Of a stretch of DNA of 64,000 nucleotides, positions 55,953 to 64,000 are shown piece by piece; within the stretch, counting starts at the first letter, position 1; each line of letters starts with the position of its first letter. Source of the DNA: Octopus vulgaris (Eukaryota); the NCBI GenBank assembly GCA_951406725.2, contig OX597816.1, forward strand, positions 156,302,001-156,366,000, written 5' to 3'. The notes beneath the pieces were generated by a model. That model saw only the letters and a list, made by a program, of their open reading frames with translations, searched no databases and was not told where the DNA came from. The position numbers were made by a program, and so were the translations under genes.

Positions 55953-57395
55953 AAAGCCGCCTCGGACGTCGACGATGAACACAATATAGAGGGTAGTAGT
56001 GATAGCTTTTTTTTCTTTCGTATTGATACCAAAAAAAACTAGGGAAGACATTAACTGTAGAAAATGCATTAAACCACATGGCCGAAAAAATCCACTGTGT
56101 AGTTTCAAACCGATTATCTTTTAAATGTAACCACTTCTAAGCACCTTAACAGATTATGTCACTCGTTCGCTTTCTGTTTTAAAATCAAATACAGAGGATT
56201 GTGAACTCTACCGAACTCTGACATATTTTGTTTAGATATCAAATGAATGATGATGCGAGTTTAAGCAGTACACAGTTCCATGTCCGTGTTTTAAGAAGAA
56301 TCACTCTGATTCATTAATTAATGGCTTAAATCATTTCAAGATTCATAATTTGACGGATTTAATGTTCCTAATCAAAAGACAATGAAAAATGGCCTTTGGC
56401 TATGGAAACAGTGAAGTGACTACACTCATTGGTTTATAACTTTGTATATTCGGTTTGGTTAATTACTATATGCTTTAACAAGTGTCATACTGAGCTAATA
56501 GGAGATAGAATCGTTTAGCCGTCACATACGAACGAGTATGACCTGGCAGCTTCTATCACGCTTTCGTTAAATCTTTTAGATGCTGATGTTGTGCAGAGCA
56601 GATATAAAGACACTCGGCATCTCCACCTTTGATCCAAACTGAGGAGCTGCTACAACAGTCGAATGTTAAACATTTACAGCTGAGTAAACTGGAGCAATGT
56701 TAAATGAAGTGCTTTACTAAAGGGCACACCACGCTACCCTGTTCGGCAATCGAAACTACCCTTTTATAGCCGTGCGTTCAATGCTGTAATCACTAGGTTA
56801 TAGATTTTCATTGGCTCTACAATAACCAGTTGATATAATTCAGTGATCCATGCGTGTATTCTCTTACTGGCACTTTGACCGTATAATAAGCTTCTATGTG
56901 GCCGACCACCGTGCTAGACATACTATTCACTTGTTTCCAATAGATACTCTGCCTTCTTTAGAGAAAAAAGGGATACTTTAAACCAATGGTTTTATAACGG
57001 TCCGCCGCGGTGCACTAGTACGCAACAAGGGCTATCTAGGCATGACGTAAGTCTTTAGAAATATAATTTCATGTTTTAATAAATTCTTAATTCTTTGAGC
57101 ATTAGTAGATTGTGTCTGTGTTTCTCAGGTGTTACTAAACATTGTGTCATTTTAGTTAATTTTCTTTGTAGGTATGTCCCTGGAAATAGTCTGATTTTCG
57201 ATCTTAGACAATCTGGGAAAAACACATTTATTAAAAAAGATCTCTTGTGGACTTATATCTGTGTACTAATTGAAAGAAATCCAACTGCATGGGTGAAATT
57301 TGTTTCGATCGAGGACTTCTAGTTTTGCCAGTTCTTGAGTTCATTGACTTTGGCATTTAACCATTTATATCATCTCTGCCGCTAGAAAGATTTAA

Positions 57396-57583
57396 CTCTT
57401 TAACATTCAAATTACTTTGTCATATGTAATGTTCATTCCTTCAGTGTTTTGAATTTATCATGTATTACCTTGTAGCTTCGAGATTTCTTGAATGTTTACT
57501 TTAAGAATGACATAGTAGGGTACATATGAGAGGCCTGATCTGGTCAGTTCTAAGATAAAACATAATCTGTTATGCTAAAAGGT
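57396..57583. mobile_element. piggyBac-like MITE (decayed)
   Basis: TTAA at both ends (57392-95, 57584-87) with imperfect TIRs ctctttaacat / atgctaaaagg. Confidence 0.45.
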
Positions 57584-59127
57584 TTAACCTTTAAATACGA
57601 ATGGATTTAAAGCAGAAGCGTAAAAACGAATGAAAAATAGAAAATAGACAAAATGGTAACAAATGATAATGGTTGTGTAATACAAATTGGACAAACCTCA
57701 GCAGATTTAAATGCTAAAGAAAAAATATAAATTGAAGAGTCGAAGTGGAGTAGTAGTAAAACTATAAGAATGGATTATTTTCAGAGTGGCTGGTGATAAA
57801 AAGCAAAACTAAATTAAAGTGTTAAAATATGTTATTGCGAAGTAATAAAATGCTTGTGATGGTCACAAAATATTAAGATAAGAAAAAGGGTGGTAAATTA
57901 TCGTGTTGAAATAAAAGAGAAACTGTGAACCAAAAATAACATTTGCTATCTCATTATGGTTTCGCAGTTAATACAAGCTTATTCAGATGCTTCGAAACTT
58001 AGTTTTTCGTTAGACTTTGCTAAGGTGATTTTTATTGTTTTAATAAAAGGAAATAAGAATTACAAAAATCAAGAAACTGGTACACTATTAAAGATTTGCT
58101 TGCGAAAACTAAAGAGTTATAAATTTTATCATCTGAAAGCATAATGTACGTCTGTGTCCAATGTTGTGATGAGAATCATAAACGTGTGTTTTAATGTAGA
58201 ATTTTATATTCCCCAACTGATTTTATAGTATTCAATGTTTATGCTTGTCCATTTGAGATTAACTGGGAAAGAGATAAATCTTTTCCAGTATTGTACACCA
58301 GACCGCTAACGGTTACCTTCTCCGATAATCTTGCTGTAATTCCACCATGGCTGAGACGATTAGATATAAGCACACTTCCAATATACTTAATGGATCCTGT
58401 GAGATTTGAACTCAGGCTTTAGCGCTGTTAGTCCCATAGGGTATCGAATAATTTACAAAATATCTACCGAAATGATAAGAAGAGAGATATCCTCCATATG
58501 TAATGCCGCATTCGTTTAATATTTTAACATTTACTTATGATTTACAATGCAAACTGCATGGAAACCACTGAACTAGATATATCTACACGCTATTGATTAC
58601 CTTGCAACAAAACAATGTGCCTTCTCAGTAGAACTAATTTTGTAAATAAAAGAAAAAAGTCATGCATAATTTATATATTGCTGAAAGGAGTGTAAGTTTA
58701 CTGTTACATACTATACGTTGGGCTCTACATTTCTACATTGTACAGGAGGAGCTTTCATTTAATCCTCAGAAGTAATATCTAATAATTAAACAAAACATAC
58801 AGTCGTCTAGCAAGCTGCATACGGGTACCAGTTGTAAACTGCGATAGCATCGTAAATTTGACAAAGGTAAACATCTAGTTTATAAATCTGCTTGGAATAG
58901 AGACAGATAATATATCTTCTGAACACACATGAATACATGTGTGTGCTTGTGTGTGTGCGTGTTTATTTGTGTGTGCGCGTGTGCTCATGTGTCTGTGTGT
59001 GTACAAATGTATAGCTATGTATATGTATATATACTTATGTATGTATACATATATGTACACACATGGACACCATAGATATATCTATATATATATACAACCA
59101 CACACCCATATATATACATCCACACAC

Positions 59128-59235
<108 letters not shown>

Positions 59236-59362
59236 AAAGCTTGAGTTCTATGTCATCATTTACTTTGTGGGGTTCCAAAGGTTGATTTCTAATAAAGATT
59301 CTTCATATTACATTGGTAGCTTACTGTAGTAAGTATTTTTCGAAATGGAAATGTTACGAGTA

Positions 59363-59553
59363 TAAAGTGTGTTAAGAGCATTTATAGAACATGTATCCTA
59401 TAGCAACTCAACAAACAATGGAGAAGAGAAAGTGTTATAAGTTTTTAATAATATTTATTTTTTATAACTTATAACACTTTTTCTCCTCCGACATTAATTG
59501 TTTGTTGATTTTCTATAGGATACGTGTTCTATAGATGCTTTTAACACACCTTG
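59363..59553. mobile_element. Palindromic Tc1/mariner-type MITE
   Basis: About 85-bp inverted arms (gtgtgttaagagcatttatagaacatgtatcctatag... / ...ctataggatacgtgttctatagatgcttttaacacac), about 22-nt AT loop, TA flanks, ta-caaggtg terminus. Confidence 0.8.
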
Positions 59554-59719
59554 TATATATACATATGTATGTATGAGAGAGAGAGCGTGAGTGAGAATTT
59601 GAGCGTTGATGAAAATGCCTAGCATACAGACATCGGCATTCTACGCTCTAGGTTCAAACCCCAGCAAGGTTGACTTATTTCAGGTTTTTGGTCTTGATAT
59701 GTAAAGCCATCTTCCTACC

Positions 59720-60870
59720 CTCTTTTCTCGAAATAATGAAAACGGCAAGACCAGAAGAGCGATAGTTTCGATCAGAACAACGGTTTGACGTATCTCCATG
59801 CAACTTATATTTTCGCAGAACGAACCCAGGTTGTCAGGCATCTAGAAATAGAGTTAGAGTACGAGATAAATCGAAGACGGCTTCTGGATGTTAACCGTCT
59901 AATGGCCAACTCAAGTCACGTAGTTTTATTAATCTGGAGGTGACATCAGTTGTTTGCTTTCTATTTAGGACCCGTGGTCGGAGAGGATGTTGCTAAGTAG
60001 CTGTCGTCGTTGTCTGAAGACTGCGGTATGGTATATTTAGCGACATTAATTCGTTGCATCTGCTGCTACACTGGGCAGAGCGGTGTGTTGTTGAGCGTTA
60101 GTGGAGAACTAGCAATATAGCTGCGACAGATATTTCATGGGAGAAAGAGTTGGTGGTGCTAGTGTTCATTGTCAGCATGAAGAAGGCTTTACTCTATACC
60201 TTCCATGTCCTTGATTATGGGGCAGATAAGCCTAAGGTGGTATATCTGGATTATCAACTACCAGTGGTTTGAAGTTTATTAACAGGGCGTACCTCTGCTG
60301 GCAACTGTAAGAGAATTAATGCTTCCTGTTGATAGATACAGCAGTTATCTGGGATATGTGCAATCACTCGTGGAGGCAGAGTTGGCAATTGTGAGTTCAA
60401 GGTGTGTAGGCAGGAGCCTCTCGATGACACTCCATTCAATGTTGGAGAAATCGTTCAGGCGGTCGTGAAGTCTCTTATAGGTGGAGTATTCCCTATGTTT
60501 GCAAATGAAGGAGTGAATATGCTATGTATACCTAACTATGAAGTCATTAGCAATGACTGTGTAGTGTATCATGTCATACAATCGGATGACGTATGATTGG
60601 CTCTATAGAACACAGCTTTTAAAAGGGAGGGCATCACAGTGGACAGTTGGTGGGATTTCGAAGGTTACAGGCTGAGATGTGTATTTCATGGTGTGTAGGT
60701 CTGCTCAGGAATCTATTGCAACGTACGATGATTGAAAAGATGATGTATGAGACGAAGTAACGGATCTTGAGGTTGTGAATACAGAAAAGTTTGTAATACT
60801 TAGGAGTTCTACGAGAGCGTTACTCTGTGCCATTTTATCTGGAGTTGAGTCAAATTGTTATCAAATAATA
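59720..60870 (-). mobile_element. Heavily decayed CR1/L2-type LINE ORF2 fragment
   Basis: Minus strand remnants in the expected order: RPTH, FSNIEW, TNSF, LSRTLTLF, AWRYVKPLF, NYR (endonuclease end to RT start); many stops and frameshifts. Confidence 0.45.
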
Positions 60871-61025
60871 CATGTAACTCTTGCCAAATGTGTTGAGCAC
60901 CATTTTCTTTCGTTCTGACCACTCACTCATATATACGTGTATATATATATATATAGATGCATATATATATGCATCTACATACATATATCTATCTATCTAT
61001 TTATCTTTCTATCTGTCTATCTATG

Positions 61026-61090
<65 letters not shown>

Positions 61091-61119
61091 GTCTATCTAT
61101 CTATCTATATGAAACAACT

Positions 61120-61893
61120 GTAGAGCTCGATGAGGATGTCCTGCAAACCCTGGTGGAATAAAATCCCATTGTATATTCTGAAGAACTAGCAGAGAAGCTT
61201 GGATTTGTTCATTCAACAATTCATCGACACCTGCGTGCCATTGGAAAAGTCAGCAAATTGAGTCAATGGGTTCCTCACAAACTTTACGAGTCCAGCCGTG
61301 CACAGAGAGTGAATGTGTGCTTTTCCTTGTTGTCACGTCATTTGGTAGGGCGGGGGACCGAATAATACTGGTGACGAAAAATGGTTTCTATATAAAATAG
61401 TTTCTCTATGAAAATGTCAAACACCGAAGACAGCGGGTAGGAAAAGTAGACACACCGGCACACCAAGCTAAAGAAGGTTTTCATCCACATAAGGTGTTTG
61501 GTGGGATACGAAAAGTTTAGTCCACTTTGAACTTTTAAATCCAAACTAAACGATAACAAAGGAGATCTACTGCGTGCAGCTTGAGCGATTAGAAGTCAGC
61601 GTTAGAAGAAAAATGAGAAAAATCTTCTTGTTAAGTGTTCTTCCATTAGGGTAAAGTGAGGATGATATTTCAAAGGCTGGAGAATTTTGAATGGGAAACG
61701 ATGCCCCTCCCAACATATAGGCCAGAAACTGCTCCATCTAATTATCATTTATTTCGCAGTCTTCAAAATCATTTGGACGGAAAAATATGAATTCTGTAAA
61801 TGAGGTCAAAAGAGTACTGGAAAAGTATTTTTCGTCAATTTTTGGAAGAGGGCCCTTGAAAATGTACTGGATAGATGGAAGAGCTTTGTAGAA
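61120..61893 (+). pseudogene. Mariner transposase pseudogene
   Basis: VELDEDVLQTLVE*NP..EELAEKLGFVHSTIHRHLRAIGKVSKLSQWVPHKL, TGDEKWFLY, FHPHKV, WWDTKSLVHFELL, FEWETMPLPTYRPETAPSNYHLFRSLQNHL, LDRWKSFVE; stops and frameshifts, third catalytic D reads N. Confidence 0.93.
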
Positions 61894-62971
61894 CACGCAT
61901 GGGCGAAGTGCCACGCAGTGGGACTGAACAGGGAATCATGTGGTTGGGAAGCAAGCTTCTAACCATAGATATATATATCTATATCTATAAATGTATGTGT
62001 TTATATATATATATATGTATATCTATTTACATATATATATTCGCAGATATATACATATATGAACACATATACATACATATATACATCCATCCATCTATAC
62101 ATACATACAAACACACACACACACATATGCATGCATGCATGCATACATACATACATACATACATTCATACATACATACATACATACACACACACACATAC
62201 ATACATACATACATAATACATACATACATAAATGTGTGTACTGAGAGGAGGATCATGCACAAAATGATCTGAAATGGAGAATAGACTGTTCAAACTGAAC
62301 TCCCTGAACTAAGAAAAATCAAGTAATACTACAAAGTAGAATACTAAATTTTTGTATAATACATGTATTCTAAAAACATGTAATCTAAAAAATGAAACAG
62401 AAATATATTTTGTGCATTTGTATACGAGATTAGAAATGGCAAAAAATATGAAGACAGTTAAAATGTGTTAAGAATAATTTTCTTTTGTTTTTTTTTTTTA
62501 TCAAAGTTTTATCAACAACATCATATGTTGCTAGATGTAGACAGCGATATCTTTTGACTGGAAGTATTGTTTTTTCAATATATATTTCTCTAGCATGCTT
62601 ATTTTATCGTATATGCATATGTTTATTTATTTATGTATATGAATGTGTAAGTATATATATAAATATTTTGACACACACATATACACACACATACACACAC
62701 ACACACACACACACGTTCTTCTATTTTTTTTTTACATGTTTCAGTGATTTGGGTGTGTCTATGGTGGAGCACGAATTATTCTTTGTAAGCCAATAACTTA
62801 TTTTATCGGTCTATTTTGCTGAACATCTTAGTTATGGAGACGTAAGCACATTAACATTGGTTATCAAATGATGGTGGAGGTGGGGAGATGGACAAACACA
62901 GAGACAAAGACACACACATAAATATACACACACACATACATATACATATATATATATTATATATATATATG

Positions 62972-63019
<48 letters not shown>

Positions 63020-63034
63020 ATGTATGTATGTATG

Positions 63035-63115
<81 letters not shown>

Positions 63116-63793
63116 GCATATGTGCGTGTCTGCATATGAAGATGAGTGTGTGTGTGTGTGTTTGTAATGTGAGATACATTTGGTTATCAATTCTAGCCAG
63201 ATTAAACGAACACAGAGTAGCGTCCTACTTTGCATTATTGTTGTTGTTATTGTCGTTGCTATTGTTGTTGCTGCTGTTGACGATGTTGTTCTTGATGTTT
63301 TTGCTCACAACGATGATAACACTTCAATGTGGCAGAGAAGAGTTAAAGGCCCAAAAGAGCCAAATATATATTTGTAAGGAAATAATTTAATTTAAGACTT
63401 TGATTATTACAACCAACGTAAATGTTGTTATCTTAATGCAAAATACTGCATTCCGTTGCTAAGGACAATGATTGAGTAGATTAGTTATCGGGGAATTGTT
63501 TCGGTTTTAAATATTCGAAAGCTGCTTATTCTAATAGCTTTAAACATAATTCATCATGTAGAAATATGTGTTTGCTTATAATTACTTTAAACCTCCATTT
63601 AAATTCTGTAGAAGCAACACACTTAGAACTTCGAACCTAACAGCTGTAACCTTATGATTTATATTAAATGCAAACATTTCTCTGTGATTGTTGCAGTTCA
63701 GACCTTTACCTTACTTTTTGCAAAATATTACAAATCATTAAGTATCTCTCTCTCGCTCCCTCTTTCTCCCTCTCTCTCTCCCCTCTCTCTCTC

Positions 63794-63837
<44 letters not shown>

Positions 63838-64000
63838 GTATATTTGCATACATGCATACATGCATACATGCATATATATATATGTGTGTATGGGGGGGGA
63901 TTTGTATCTATGTATGTATCATGTGTACGTGCTTGTGTGTATGTGTGTACGAGTGCTTGTATGCTTGTGTGTGTGTGGGCGCTTATGTGTTTGTGTGTGT

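Noticed and set aside
61120-61893. Domesticated mariner (SETMAR-like) gene
   Set aside because: Multiple stops and frameshifts, catalytic residue lost, no SET domain.

Overview
AT-rich eukaryotic, non-coding (intergenic or large-intron) window saturated with microsatellites ((TA)n, (CA)n, (TATC)n, (ATAC)n, (AAT)n, (AAG)n, (TAG)n) and transposon relics. The repeat repertoire looks like an octopus/coleoid cephalopod genome (inference). No host protein-coding gene can be supported; most ORFs in the track are microsatellite artefacts. Supported features: a 5'-truncated Tx1/L1-clade LINE (RT plus CCHC finger, 23808-26086) ending in (ATCT)n; two decayed mariner transposases; CR1-like and RTE-like fragments; a non-autonomous Helitron and a Helentron-type element; several MITEs; and many tRNA-derived SINEs of about three families. 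The main hidden layer is RNA-structural. Several short repeats carry Penelope-type minimal hammerhead ribozyme (HHR) motifs: one with a canonical core, two sharing a non-canonical A6U core, and one back-to-back with a tRNA-derived head. Two sequence-divergent repeats (about 30050 and 49200) share an identically spaced, covarying pseudoknot carrying the hammerhead core words in permuted order (GAAA ... CUGAAGA), a candidate undescribed ribozyme-like motif. Several elements appear to target specific microsatellites. All calls are by-eye; no folding or database searches were run.
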